This document shows positions 29,632-40,573 of a DNA stretch of 64,000 nt, piece by piece. The stretch comes from a virus. The DNA is taken from the IMG/VR virus record IMGVR_UViG_3300027969_000043, positions 64,001 to 128,000 of that record, one strand, 5' to 3'. The notes below the pieces were generated by a model. It was not told the DNA's origin. It searched no databases and saw only the letters and a list, made by a program, of their open reading frames with translations. The stretch's first letter is position 1, and every line of letters begins with the position of its first letter. A program made the translations under genes and the position numbers.

Positions 29632-30454
29632 TAAAAAAATATTGATATCCGATTTTACAACTAAAGAAGCGCCACATGGTGGTTCAGAGTGGGTTAATGA
29701 AGTCCTAATTAAAAAATTTAATTTAGATTTTGAATATTCCTCACAGCTACAATCGTGGGACCCTGAAAATTTTTATATTATATCAAATATTTCATTGATG
29801 AATCCAACATTGGTTAGAGAAATACCAAAATTAAATTATATTATCATTGAAAACGATTACAAGATATGCGAAAGTAGACACCCTTGGCGTTATCCAAATT
29901 CAATCGTCCCAAAAAACCAAAGAATAAACTACGATATTTACAAAAATGCTAAAGCTGTATTTGTTCAAACAACAGACCATTTTAATGTCTATAAATCAAA
30001 TCAGGTTGATGGTAATTTTATAAACCTAAATTGTTCTATATGGTCTGATGAAGATTTAGAAATGTTAAACAATTTTTTAATTAACAAACCAATAAAAAAT
30101 GGCAAAACAGCCGTATATTACACCAACAATTGGATAAAAAATAGTGAAGGTGCTATTAATTATTGTAATGATAACGGGTTAACACCTGAACTTATTGAAA
30201 ACAACCCAAACAGAAAAGATTTTTTAGATAAATTATCTAATTGTTCACAATTAGTTTTTTTACCAATTGCTAGAGAAACCTTTTGTCGTTTAGTTGTTGA
30301 GGCTAGATGTATGGGGTTAGAAGTAATAACAACTAAAAATTATGGTGCTTCTTTAGAGAATTGGTTTGATATGAAAGGTGCTGACATGTTAAAGTTTTTA
30401 AAGTTTAAAACCGATAAGAATTTAAAAATAATAGAAAACTATATAAATAACTAA
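29621..30454 (+). CDS. Glycosyltransferase-like protein, GT-B fold
   Basis: HGGSE N-terminal motif; LVFLP..RETFCRLVVEARCMG (E-x7-E). Confidence 0.7.
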   Translation: MKNNKKILISDFTTKEAPHGGSEWVNEVLIKKFNLDFEYSSQLQSWDPENFYIISNISLMNPTLVREIPKLNYIIIENDYKICESRHPWRYPNSIVPKNQRINYDIYKNAKAVFVQTTDHFNVYKSNQVDGNFINLNCSIWSDEDLEMLNNFLINKPIKNGKTAVYYTNNWIKNSEGAINYCNDNGLTPELIENNPNRKDFLDKLSNCSQLVFLPIARETFCRLVVEARCMGLEVITTKNYGASLENWFDMKGADMLKFLKFKTDKNLKIIENYINN

Positions 30455-30455
30455 A

Positions 30456-31349
30456 ATGTTTTTAAAAAAATGGATTAAGAAAAATATAGCTGCGCTATCA
30501 ATTGCGTTTTCAAATGTTGAAAAAAATGTTTTTGGTCAAAAAGGTGATGACATGACATTAGATACGGAAAAACAACAAAGACATACGCAAGGCATGTTAG
30601 CTGATTCTTTATTAAATGGTAAAATTACCGAAGAAGTTAAAAGATTAAGGTGGAGAACATATAAGGTGTTAAAAGCTGCTTATGGCAATACAGTAATTCT
30701 TGAAGGTTATGACGAAAATGATAATCCAATATATAAGTTAACTAATAAAAATGATAAAACGCTTTTAAAAAAAATAAATATTGATACTTCTGATGATTTT
30801 GATTTAGAAATGGTTTTTGAAAATAAAGCTATTGAGAATGGTATTAATGATACTATTAGTGTATTAGACGACGAAAATAGTATTAATTTAATCGAATATT
30901 TAATTAAAAATAAAGTCGAAAAACCCTTACTTATAGACAGGAAAGACTACCCAAGGTTTTACATTGAAAATTATACAAAAAAAATAAATATTCGTCGAAT
31001 AACGGATGATGAAAAAATGCTAGAGTTTTATATTAGCGAGTACCCCGATGAGTACAATAAAAATAGTGTGATTTTTTTAAACCAAATTAAAAAATTAATT
31101 AATTCGGAATTAAAAAATACTAAATTTTTAGATTTTGATGAAGTTTCATTTATAACAAACAACACACTCGGAGCTCAAGATTTTTTACTTTTTAGTTACG
31201 GTGAAATTAAATTTGACAAAATAATTGAATTTGATGGTAACTATGTAATTAAATTTAAATCCAAGATAATAAAAAACGGGGAAGATATATTAATCAACTA
31301 TATCGATTCAGAATTAGAAAAAAAATATAATAATAAAGAAAAAAAATAA
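30456..31349 (+). CDS. Hypothetical protein
   Basis: 297-aa ORF with no recognisable motif. Confidence 0.6.
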   Translation: MFLKKWIKKNIAALSIAFSNVEKNVFGQKGDDMTLDTEKQQRHTQGMLADSLLNGKITEEVKRLRWRTYKVLKAAYGNTVILEGYDENDNPIYKLTNKNDKTLLKKINIDTSDDFDLEMVFENKAIENGINDTISVLDDENSINLIEYLIKNKVEKPLLIDRKDYPRFYIENYTKKINIRRITDDEKMLEFYISEYPDEYNKNSVIFLNQIKKLINSELKNTKFLDFDEVSFITNNTLGAQDFLLFSYGEIKFDKIIEFDGNYVIKFKSKIIKNGEDILINYIDSELEKKYNNKEKK

Positions 31350-31355
31350 TTTTTT

Positions 31356-32075
31356 ATGATTACAGCGATATTAAACGGATATAAAAGACCACAATTTTTA
31401 AAAGAACAAATCGATGCAATTAAAAATCAAACAATACCACCTGAAGAAATAATGTTGTGGCAAAACCACACTGAAGGGTTTGATGCTGAGCTAACTAGCC
31501 AACTAACAACTGCATCTTGTAATAAAAATATGGGTGTGTGGGCTAGATTTGCATTTGCATTAAACGCTAAAACAGAGTATATTTGCATATTTGATGACGA
31601 TACAATACCAGGCTCAATGTGGTTTGAAAATTGTATTAGTACTATGAAAACACATGAAGGCCTACTTGGAACTGTAGGACTAATTTATGAAACTCCAAAT
31701 TCGTATCGCCCAAATACTAGATACGGTTGGACAGAAATAAATAATCCCAAGACGATTAGGGTTGATATCGTAGGGCATGCGTGGTTTTTTAAACGTGAAT
31801 GGCTATCAGCATTCTGGAGAGAATTACCACCACCAGATTTAACAACTGTTGGGGAAGATATGCACTTCTCATATATGTTGCAAAAATATTTAGGTTTAAA
31901 TACATATGTCCCACCACACCCAGAACATTTTAAAGAAATGTGGGGAAGCACTAAAGGTTGGGAAATGGGGACCGAGAAAAATGCGCTATCCTTCAATGAA
32001 GGTAATATCCTTAAAATGGATAAGTATCATAAAGACCTTATAAATAGAGGATTTAAATTAGTAAAACATGGATAA
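31356..32075 (+). CDS. Glycosyltransferase family 2-like
   Basis: YKRPQFL..QI.AI..QT, YICIFDDDTIPG, GEDMHFS. Confidence 0.8.
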   Translation: MITAILNGYKRPQFLKEQIDAIKNQTIPPEEIMLWQNHTEGFDAELTSQLTTASCNKNMGVWARFAFALNAKTEYICIFDDDTIPGSMWFENCISTMKTHEGLLGTVGLIYETPNSYRPNTRYGWTEINNPKTIRVDIVGHAWFFKREWLSAFWRELPPPDLTTVGEDMHFSYMLQKYLGLNTYVPPHPEHFKEMWGSTKGWEMGTEKNALSFNEGNILKMDKYHKDLINRGFKLVKHG

Positions 32076-32787
32076 ATTTACATTAGATTTTGACAATTTT
32101 TGGTCAATGATTGAAAATAATATAAATTTTACGTTTGCAAGATATGCCGACGGAGAGGTTATGTTGATGGGTGGCGAAGCTGTTGGCAAAATAACACAAG
32201 CATTTAAAGTAGATAAATGGGAGGCACCAAATACTTTAACAAGAGCGGGTAAAGAATTACTAGAAACAATAAATCATACTGAAGATAATTACCATTATGC
32301 TATCTCAGGTGTTAATGACAATATTAATGATTATAGGTTTTTAAAAAATAAAATAAAACATAAAGAAAGTAATATAACATTTGTTAATCTTTGGATTAAT
32401 GCAAATTACAGGAAATCGTTTAAAAAATATGCATCTTTAAAAAGAGATGTTATTTTAATATGTAACCAAGACGCAAAAAAAGAAAACTTCCCATTTAATG
32501 TGGTTGATATCCACCCATTTCCAAATGACTGCATAACTTTTTGGGAAGAAAATTCGGATAAATTTATTAATGAATTACTAGAAAAATATGGTAGTTTAAA
32601 TGACCAGTTATTTTTTATTTCATGTGGTCCAATATCTGAAATAATAATACATAAACTATATCAAAATAATCCTAATAACACATATATGGATGTTGGTTCA
32701 TCAATCGATGAATTTGTACATGGCGAAATAACAAGGCCATACATGGACCCATCATCAATATATTCAAAATTTAAATCTAATTTTTAA
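32068..32787 (+). CDS. GT-D fold (DUF1792-like) glycosyltransferase
   Basis: FARYADGE, FISCGP and DVGS resemble the GT-D motifs RFGDGE, ALGP and DIGH. Confidence 0.6.
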   Translation: MDKFTLDFDNFWSMIENNINFTFARYADGEVMLMGGEAVGKITQAFKVDKWEAPNTLTRAGKELLETINHTEDNYHYAISGVNDNINDYRFLKNKIKHKESNITFVNLWINANYRKSFKKYASLKRDVILICNQDAKKENFPFNVVDIHPFPNDCITFWEENSDKFINELLEKYGSLNDQLFFISCGPISEIIIHKLYQNNPNNTYMDVGSSIDEFVHGEITRPYMDPSSIYSKFKSNF

Positions 32788-33485
32788 TGGTACAAGTAGC
32801 TTATTCAAACTCTAACTGCATTGACTTATGGGAAGCGTTTCAAAAACAAATGTTTAAACACTCAAAATTAAAACTTTATTTAATATCAGATAAAGAACCT
32901 GTCGATTTTGGTCTTGCTGGTGTTAGTATATATGATAATAGTGAACCATACTATAAAGTTTGGGTGGATGGATTAAATAAATTCAATGAAGACTATTTCA
33001 TATATTTACAAGAAGACTTTTTCCTATACGACGACATAAACGAAAGCAAGTTAAACGAATATCTTGATTTTTTAAAAAATAACCCAAAGTATTCTTTTGT
33101 CAGATTGTTTAAATGCGGACATGTAAACAATAATAAAATTACTGAAACACTTTACGAAATTGAATCAAAAAATCATGATATTTTTTCAATGCAAACCACA
33201 ATATGGCGAACATCTGATTACATCAAATTAATGGAGTATGTTAAAGATGATAAATGGTTAGAAAACGATAAATATAGAAAAGCCGCTATCGAATTAAATT
33301 TAAATGGTGTTTATCATTATGATAACGAACAGAAAAGAGGGTGGACACATTATGATTCAAGCATATATCCTTGCATTTCAACAGCGTTAAATAAAGGTCA
33401 ATGGAATCTTAGTGAATACCCAAAAGAATTAAAACCAATTTTAGACGAATATTGTATCGATATATTAAAAAGAGGTGCCGTTTAA
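32787..33485 (+). CDS. Putative glycosyltransferase (GT-A-like)
   Basis: YFIYLQEDFFL, VRL, SMQTTIW, KGQW; GT-cluster context. Confidence 0.5.
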   Translation: MVQVAYSNSNCIDLWEAFQKQMFKHSKLKLYLISDKEPVDFGLAGVSIYDNSEPYYKVWVDGLNKFNEDYFIYLQEDFFLYDDINESKLNEYLDFLKNNPKYSFVRLFKCGHVNNNKITETLYEIESKNHDIFSMQTTIWRTSDYIKLMEYVKDDKWLENDKYRKAAIELNLNGVYHYDNEQKRGWTHYDSSIYPCISTALNKGQWNLSEYPKELKPILDEYCIDILKRGAV

Positions 33486-33512
33486 TTAAATAATAAATAT
33501 CAAATTGAAATT

Positions 33513-34187
33513 ATGAAAGTTTTTTTATGTTTTTATACAAACGAAAAATTTAGGTCGCGTGAAGATTGGTTAATTAATGAATATTCAAAATCTGGATTTT
33601 CAAACATAATATCGTATCGTTCCGAAAATGTTAAAACTGGTGTTTTTTACGAAGAAAATAAGGAAATTTTAGATTGTAAAACTGGTGACGGATACTGGTT
33701 ATGGAAACCAAAAATAATATTAGACACATTTGAAAAAATGGAATACGGTGACGTATTGGTATATGTAGATGCTGGAGATTTTGTTAATGTAAATGAGAAC
33801 GAAATATTTGATTTTGCTAAAATTAATGATTACTATTTTACAAATTGGAATGGTGTTAGGTGGCCTCAAAAAATATGTACTAAAAGGGATTGTTTTATAT
33901 TAATGGATTGTGATACAGAAATTTATCATGAGACATCACAAATGGAAGCTGGATTTTTAATCTTTAAAAAAACGGACCAAGTCATTCTATTACTTAACGA
34001 TTATTTATATTATTGTAAAAACAAAAACATTGTCGATAACGAACCTAATATACATGGAGATAATTTTCCTAATTGGCAATTCCATAGAAATGACCAAAGT
34101 ATTTTAACAAATTTAATTGTAAAACATGGTTTAACATTTAATAGTACTCTTGACAATAAAATAAAATGTAATATTTTTATACCATGA
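33513..34187 (+). CDS. Putative glycosyltransferase-like protein
   Basis: GYWLWKPKII, VYVDAG, HRNDQSILT. Confidence 0.55.
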   Translation: MKVFLCFYTNEKFRSREDWLINEYSKSGFSNIISYRSENVKTGVFYEENKEILDCKTGDGYWLWKPKIILDTFEKMEYGDVLVYVDAGDFVNVNENEIFDFAKINDYYFTNWNGVRWPQKICTKRDCFILMDCDTEIYHETSQMEAGFLIFKKTDQVILLLNDYLYYCKNKNIVDNEPNIHGDNFPNWQFHRNDQSILTNLIVKHGLTFNSTLDNKIKCNIFIP

Positions 34188-34945
34188 AATTTATAGCACT
34201 TAATTATAACTACGATTTGGATAAAATGTCAGATATTGGTAGAAAATGGGCTTACGATGTCTATAAAAATAATGACTTTATTTCCGAATATTCATCTGCT
34301 TCATACGCAACATTTATTGATAAAAATCCATCACATAAACTACATCTTTATACTGATAATGTAGATTATATGAAGACAAAAATGGATAAATACAATATCG
34401 ACCAAAGTCGAATTATATATATCGATTATTCAGAAAACTTAAAACAATATGATAAAAATTTAAAATATAGTTTTACAATTTTAAATGATTTTATTAACTT
34501 TGCAAAATCTGATACAGAATATACAATTAAAATAGACAACGATTTAATATTCACAAAAGAATTAAAACTTCCAGATTTAAATAGTATATTAGTTTGGAAG
34601 TATGAAAGAATTGTTAAACACGGCGATACTAGGTGGGGTGAAATAAAAATATGTAACGAAGTATTAAACAATACCGATTTTAAAGTATACAATTTAGGTA
34701 TTTTTGGTCTACCACCAGAATATCAAACGGTAGAAGCAAAAGAAATAATGGACAGAATGATTTCAGTTGACATTTCTGATGTAACTGACGTAGATTCAAA
34801 AATTTACCATTGTTGTGAGCAGACAGCAAACAATTGGATATTTAACAAATATAATTATAATATCATAGAAGCACATACACAAGTTGACCATCTATTTGAC
34901 AATAAAGGAATGTGTATAGAAAGAGCTAAATACTTATTAAAATGA
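34184..34945 (+). CDS. Putative nucleotide-diphospho-sugar transferase
   Basis: LYTD, IDND (DxD), YNLGIFG, CEQ. Confidence 0.5.
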   Translation: MKFIALNYNYDLDKMSDIGRKWAYDVYKNNDFISEYSSASYATFIDKNPSHKLHLYTDNVDYMKTKMDKYNIDQSRIIYIDYSENLKQYDKNLKYSFTILNDFINFAKSDTEYTIKIDNDLIFTKELKLPDLNSILVWKYERIVKHGDTRWGEIKICNEVLNNTDFKVYNLGIFGLPPEYQTVEAKEIMDRMISVDISDVTDVDSKIYHCCEQTANNWIFNKYNYNIIEAHTQVDHLFDNKGMCIERAKYLLK

Positions 34946-35709
34946 AAACTACCTGTTTATTAACAATCCATAATAAAGAATTTTTAGCTGAAAGGGTTTG
35001 TCAATCGTTAGTTAATAATCTATCAGAGAATAACGACCAAATTATTGTTGTTTTTGATGGTTGTACAGACAATAGTGAAGCATTGGCTAGAAATGTTTTA
35101 GATAGCGTAACCAATAAAAAAATTGATTATGTATATACCAACGATGTTTATGAGACAAAAGCTAATAATGCTGGTTTAAAATTAGTTCAAAACGATTACG
35201 TTGTACTTATTCAAGACGACATGGTTGTAAATGAAAATAATTTTGATACGCGAATGCTAGAACCTTTTTTAAAATTTAATGATGTGTTTGCTGTCACGTC
35301 ATTTGTTGCTCATAATAACATATACAATGAAATAACAAAACAAATAAACTATATTGATGTAGCAGCAAAAGATTCTTCGGAGAGAGATATTTTTTATGCT
35401 AGAGAATATGCTAATAGAGGACCTTTAATGTATAATTTTAATGATGTTGTTAAACTTAATTTTTTGGATGAATATTTTGCACCACAAAATTATGATGATA
35501 TGGACATCTCAATGAGAGCGTTTAAAGAACTTGGTAAAGTATCTGGATTATATTGGGTTGACTATACATCTGACCCTAGTTGGGGAACGACTAGACAAAA
35601 GAAAACATCATTATATAATGATTTAGTTTATATTAACGCCGCAAAAATACTTGAAAAACATAAAGATTTGTTATACAGTAACAAATTTGTAGAAAATAGA
35701 AAAATGTAA
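34942..35709 (+). CDS. Glycosyltransferase family 2
   Basis: TIHNKE, VFDGCTDNS, ANNAGL, IQDDM, DDMD. Confidence 0.85.
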   Translation: MKTTCLLTIHNKEFLAERVCQSLVNNLSENNDQIIVVFDGCTDNSEALARNVLDSVTNKKIDYVYTNDVYETKANNAGLKLVQNDYVVLIQDDMVVNENNFDTRMLEPFLKFNDVFAVTSFVAHNNIYNEITKQINYIDVAAKDSSERDIFYAREYANRGPLMYNFNDVVKLNFLDEYFAPQNYDDMDISMRAFKELGKVSGLYWVDYTSDPSWGTTRQKKTSLYNDLVYINAAKILEKHKDLLYSNKFVENRKM

Positions 35710-35711
35710 TT

Positions 35712-36302
35712 ATGAAAATTAAACCATCAGACGATACACAATGGAGAGCCGAAAATGGTGATAATACTTATCGAATAAACTATAATTTAAATAATGAATC
35801 TGTTATTGTTGATTTAGGGGCTAGACATGGAGACTGGTCAGACCTAATTAAACAAAAATACAACCCAAAAATTTATTGTTTTGAAGTGGTTCCAGAGTTT
35901 TGTAATCAATTAAAACACAAAGGGTATAATACTTTTTGTTCTGCCGTTTCAAATAAAAAAGAAAAAATAAAATTAGGTGTTTTTGAATCTGAAGCTTCTA
36001 TATTCTATACTGAATCAGACTTTGAATGTGATGCTATTTCGGCTAGTGAAATTTTTAATCTTATCAAAAAAAATCATATAGATTTAATGAAAATAAATGT
36101 TGAGGGTGCTGAATATAAAATACTTAATGAATTAATTGATAACAAAAATATAGATAAAGTCGATAACATACAAGTACAATTCCATTTATTTGACAATTCT
36201 GAAAATGATGAATATGAAAAATTATCTGAAAAACTATCAAAAACACATGAGATATCTTGGAGATTTCCATTTGTCTGGGAAAATTGGACATTAAAAAAAT
36301 AA
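35712..36302 (+). CDS. FkbM-family methyltransferase
   Basis: VDLGARHG, CFEV, IDLMKINVEGAEY, QVQFH. Confidence 0.85.
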   Translation: MKIKPSDDTQWRAENGDNTYRINYNLNNESVIVDLGARHGDWSDLIKQKYNPKIYCFEVVPEFCNQLKHKGYNTFCSAVSNKKEKIKLGVFESEASIFYTESDFECDAISASEIFNLIKKNHIDLMKINVEGAEYKILNELIDNKNIDKVDNIQVQFHLFDNSENDEYEKLSEKLSKTHEISWRFPFVWENWTLKK

Positions 36303-36308
36303 AAAAAT

Positions 36309-36893
36309 ATGATAAAAACACCAATTAAAAAAGAAAAATGGGTTGAAGCCCAAATAGAAGAAAAAATACATCACATGCACGAAAATGTTGATGCCTCAGT
36401 AAATAGATGGGGTGAAATATATAATTTTTATTTTAGATATTTAGACATTGATACTAATCTTGAAAATAAGACTATTTTAGAAATAGGTCCAGCTAAAATT
36501 GCTGCATTAATTTATTGTAATAATTATGGTCCTTCATTTATTGTTGAACCAACTAAATATGAAGATACTGAACATTTGTATGTTGATAAACCAATTACTT
36601 TTATTAGAGATACATATGAAGATTGCGAATCACCTGTTGTTGATGAAATTTGGCTTTTTAATGTTTTACAACACATTGTAGACCCTGATTTGTTTATTGA
36701 AAAATGTAAAAAAAGTGCTAAAATAATTAAATTTTTTGAACCGATAAACACACCAATAGAAGTACATCACCCACATTCATTTACTTTTGATGAATATGTT
36801 AAATATTTTGGTGATTCTGTTAAATTATATAACGGGTCCACAGAAATTTACCATACAGCAGATTGCGTATATGGTATTTATAAATGCCAATAA
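36309..36893 (+). CDS. Class I SAM-dependent methyltransferase-like protein
   Basis: ILEIGPA, VEP, FNVLQHIVDP. Confidence 0.65.
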   Translation: MIKTPIKKEKWVEAQIEEKIHHMHENVDASVNRWGEIYNFYFRYLDIDTNLENKTILEIGPAKIAALIYCNNYGPSFIVEPTKYEDTEHLYVDKPITFIRDTYEDCESPVVDEIWLFNVLQHIVDPDLFIEKCKKSAKIIKFFEPINTPIEVHHPHSFTFDEYVKYFGDSVKLYNGSTEIYHTADCVYGIYKCQ

Positions 36894-36906
36894 AAAATAA
36901 AATAAA

Positions 36907-37545
36907 ATGAAAACATATTCACAGTGTGGGCAAGATTTATTTGTCCTAAATCTTTTAAAAATTAAAAATGGTACTTTTTTAGATTTAGGTTGCTACTTGC
37001 CTAAAAATATCAATAACACATTTTTACTAGAACAAAATGGTTGGGTTGGTATCTCATTAGATATTAACGATTATTCGAATGAATGGTCGGTTAGAAAAAA
37101 TAAATTTATTCAATGTGATTGTTTAAATCAAGATTATAATGAATTGTTAAGTAAGAATTATGATAGTAACGTAATCGATTATTTAACATTAGATATGGAG
37201 GCCTTAGGTGACAGATATGCATTATTAGATATTATTTTAAAAACTAATTATGAATTTAAAATAATCACAATTGAACACGATTCACATTTAGGTCAACAAT
37301 ATGTTAATAATGAAAAAATACCGCAAAGAGAATTACTAACAAAAATGGGTTACGACCTTGTTTGTGCCGATGTTTCACATAAGGATTACCCTAATGATTT
37401 TTACGAAGATTGGTGGGTCAATAAAAAATATTTTACAGAAAATGAATATAAGTCTTGGATTTCAAACAAAGAAAGTTTTGATAAAATCCTAAATAAAAAT
37501 AATATAAATCATGAAAGTACTACCGAATCAATGTCGTGGTATTAA
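36907..37545 (+). CDS. FkbM-like methyltransferase
   Basis: YSQCGQD, GTFLDLGC, NNT..LE..GW.G, IDYLTLDME, ITIEH, EDWWV. Confidence 0.75.
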   Translation: MKTYSQCGQDLFVLNLLKIKNGTFLDLGCYLPKNINNTFLLEQNGWVGISLDINDYSNEWSVRKNKFIQCDCLNQDYNELLSKNYDSNVIDYLTLDMEALGDRYALLDIILKTNYEFKIITIEHDSHLGQQYVNNEKIPQRELLTKMGYDLVCADVSHKDYPNDFYEDWWVNKKYFTENEYKSWISNKESFDKILNKNNINHESTTESMSWY

Positions 37546-37566
37546 TTAAAATTAACAATAAATAAA

Positions 37567-38592
37567 ATGAAAAGAATATTAGTACTAGGTGGTGGAGGAT
37601 TTATTGGTGGACACTTAGCAAAAAAATTAAAAGATGCGGGTCATTGGGTTAGAGTTGTTGACATTAAAAAACATGAATACTTTAAAACTGAAGAGTTCTG
37701 TAGTGAATTTATAATAGGTGATTTAAAAGATAGGATGCTAGTGTCTAGAGTTATGCTAAGCCCAACACAAACATCGTTAAACGATGCTGAAAATGCTTTT
37801 GATGAAGTATACCAGCTTGCTGCTGATATGGGTGGTGCTGGTTATATATTCACTGGTGAAAACGACTTTAACGTTATGCATAATTCATGTATGATTAATT
37901 TAAATGTTGTTGAGCATGCGGTTAAATTTAATGTTAAAAAATTATTTTATTCTTCATCAGCATGTATGTATCCAGAACATAATCAACTAGACCCAAATAA
38001 CCCAAATTGCGAAGAAAGTTCAGCATATCCAGCAAATCCAGATTCTGAATATGGTTGGGAAAAATTATTTAGTGAAAGAATATATTTAACAGCTAATCGT
38101 AATTATAATTTAAATGTTAGAATTGCAAGATTTCATAATATATTCGGTCCTCAGGGTACTTGGAAAGGTGGTAAAGAAAAGGCACCTGCAGCTATGTGTA
38201 GAAAAGCTTGCGAAACACCTGATGGTGGTACTTTAGAAGTTTGGGGTGATGGAAGTCAAACACGCTCATTTTTATATATTGATGAATGTGTTGAGGCAGT
38301 ATTACGATTAATGGACAGCGATTTTATCGGACCTGTAAATATTGGTTCTGAAGAAAAAGTTACAATTAATGAACTAGCTGAAATGGCGATTAAACTATCT
38401 GGTAAAAATATCCATATTAAAAACATATATGGTGAAGAGTTTATTCAAAAATACGGACACAAATGTCCACTTGGTGTAAAAGGAAGAAATTCTGACAATA
38501 AATTATACAAAGAAAAAATTGGATGGTCAGTAAACGAACCGTTAATTAATGGGTTAACTAAAACATACCAATGGATAAAGACAATGAATTAA
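37567..38592 (+). CDS. NAD-dependent nucleotide-sugar epimerase, GDP-mannose 3,5-epimerase-like
   Basis: GGGGFIG, LAADMGGAGYI, SSACMYP, YGWEK, RFHNIFGP, EKAPAAMCRK, WGDGSQTRSF, GVKGRNSDN. Confidence 0.85.
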   Translation: MKRILVLGGGGFIGGHLAKKLKDAGHWVRVVDIKKHEYFKTEEFCSEFIIGDLKDRMLVSRVMLSPTQTSLNDAENAFDEVYQLAADMGGAGYIFTGENDFNVMHNSCMINLNVVEHAVKFNVKKLFYSSSACMYPEHNQLDPNNPNCEESSAYPANPDSEYGWEKLFSERIYLTANRNYNLNVRIARFHNIFGPQGTWKGGKEKAPAAMCRKACETPDGGTLEVWGDGSQTRSFLYIDECVEAVLRLMDSDFIGPVNIGSEEKVTINELAEMAIKLSGKNIHIKNIYGEEFIQKYGHKCPLGVKGRNSDNKLYKEKIGWSVNEPLINGLTKTYQWIKTMN

Positions 38593-39197
38593 AACAAAAA
38601 TTTGCAATTGTAGTACAAGGGCCATCGAATCATGTTGAAGAAATAAAAAAAGCTTGGGATGGATTTACAATTATTTGGTCAACTTGGATTGGTGAAGAAA
38701 GTAAGTATAATTTTAATGATATTGTAATTTTTAACGAATACCCACAAGACCGAGGTGTTAATAATTTAGGATTGCAAAAAATATCAACAATTGAAGGTAT
38801 TAAAAAAGCAAAAGAATTAGGCTTTAAACATGTTTTAAAATGGAGAAGTGATTTAATACCAAATAATTCTAATGAATTAATAAAATCTTTTAAAGACAAC
38901 CATTTGAATTTTTTATCTTGGCATATTGAAGGTGAATATTTTATTGATTACTTTTTAGGTGGTGGTATTGATGATGTCTATGAAGCATGGAATTTAAATA
39001 CGACATCTGGTCCATTTCCTGAAAGAGTTATAACAGATAATATTCTTGATAAGAAATTTAAAAATTTTAATTTTATTGCTAACGAATTATCTAAAGATAA
39101 TGAAGTTTTTTGGCCAAAATATAATGTGTATCTTTCTAGTTATAATGGCCTACCAGGTAGCAATGTAGATGTTGTTAAATATAAAATTTTAGAATGA
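38571..39197 (+). CDS. WavE-like glycan synthesis protein
   Basis: IVVQGP, IIWSTW, Q..ST..G, KWRSD. Confidence 0.6.
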   Translation: MDKDNELKQKFAIVVQGPSNHVEEIKKAWDGFTIIWSTWIGEESKYNFNDIVIFNEYPQDRGVNNLGLQKISTIEGIKKAKELGFKHVLKWRSDLIPNNSNELIKSFKDNHLNFLSWHIEGEYFIDYFLGGGIDDVYEAWNLNTTSGPFPERVITDNILDKKFKNFNFIANELSKDNEVFWPKYNVYLSSYNGLPGSNVDVVKYKILE

Positions 39198-40552
39198 TGA
39201 TTAAATTAATTATTTTTGATTTAGATGGTGTTTTATTTGATGGTAAAGATATACATTTTGATACACTAAACGAAGCATTAGGTCCAGAATATTATATTGA
39301 TTGGGGTGAACATTTAAGTAAATATGACGGACTTAAAACAATCCAAAAGCTTGAAATGTTAACAAAAGAAAAGGGGTTACCAATAAATAAATACGATGAA
39401 ATTTGGAAAAATAAACAACGGCTCACCATTGAAAAAATAAAAAATATTAAGTCATCAACACAACTAAAAGTCTGCATCGATACTTTATCAAAAAAAGGTT
39501 ATAAATTAGTTTGTTGTAGTAATAGTATTAGAAAAACAATATTAACTGTACTATCAAAATTAGAAATTATTGAATATTTTGATTTGATTCTTTCAAACGA
39601 AGATGTTAAAAATAGCAAACCACATCCAGAAATTTATTGGAAAGCAATATCAATAATGGGTGTTATACCAGAAGAAACATTAATTATTGAAGATTCACCA
39701 TATGGTTTATTGGCGGCAAGTAGAAGCAATTCTCATGTTATGAGAGTATCATCACCAAAAGATGTAACATATGATAATATATTTAAAAACTTAAATAAAG
39801 AAAAAATGAATATAATACCAAAATGGAAAGACGAAAAATTAAATATATTAATACCTATGGCTGGAGCTGGGAGTAGATTTGAAAATGCTGGTTACACATT
39901 TCCAAAACCACTTATTGATGTCAATGGAAAACCAATGATTCAATTAGTTGTTGAAAACCTAAATTTAGACGCGAACTATATTTACATTGTTCAAAAATCA
40001 CATCGTCAAAAATACAATTTGGATACTTTATTAAATTTAATAACGCCAAATTGTAAAATAATTGATGTTGATGGGTTAACAGAAGGCGCAGCTTGCACCG
40101 CATTATTAGCTAAAGATTATATAAATAATCAAAACCCTTTATTTTTTGCTAATTCAGACCAATTTGTTGAATGGGATTCAAATGAATTTATGTATAAAAT
40201 GCAAGAGACAAATACCGATGGTGGTATTGTTACATTTAAATCAACGCATCCAAAATGGTCATTTGTTAAATTAAATACAAATACTAATTTAGTTGAAGAA
40301 GTTGCAGAAAAAAATCCAATATCTGATAATGCGACTGTTGGTTATTATTATTGGAAACATGGTAGTGATTTTGTAAATTATGCCGAAAAAATGATTCAAA
40401 AAAACATACGTGTTAATAATGAATTTTATGTTTGCCCTGTATTTAATCAAGCAATCGAAGATAATAAAAAAATAAGAATTTTTAATGCCACAAAAATGTG
40501 GGGACTAGGTACACCAGAAGATTTAAAATATTTTTTAGAAAATAATAAATAA
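39194..40552 (+). CDS. HAD phosphatase fused to sugar nucleotidyltransferase-like domain
   Basis: FDLDGVL, KPHPEIY, IEDS..G; then IPMAGAGSRF...PKPLI...EKNPIS...EFYV...GLGTPEDL. Confidence 0.85.
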   Translation: MMIKLIIFDLDGVLFDGKDIHFDTLNEALGPEYYIDWGEHLSKYDGLKTIQKLEMLTKEKGLPINKYDEIWKNKQRLTIEKIKNIKSSTQLKVCIDTLSKKGYKLVCCSNSIRKTILTVLSKLEIIEYFDLILSNEDVKNSKPHPEIYWKAISIMGVIPEETLIIEDSPYGLLAASRSNSHVMRVSSPKDVTYDNIFKNLNKEKMNIIPKWKDEKLNILIPMAGAGSRFENAGYTFPKPLIDVNGKPMIQLVVENLNLDANYIYIVQKSHRQKYNLDTLLNLITPNCKIIDVDGLTEGAACTALLAKDYINNQNPLFFANSDQFVEWDSNEFMYKMQETNTDGGIVTFKSTHPKWSFVKLNTNTNLVEEVAEKNPISDNATVGYYYWKHGSDFVNYAEKMIQKNIRVNNEFYVCPVFNQAIEDNKKIRIFNATKMWGLGTPEDLKYFLENNK

Positions 40553-40573
40553 AACAAAACAAAACAAAAAAAA

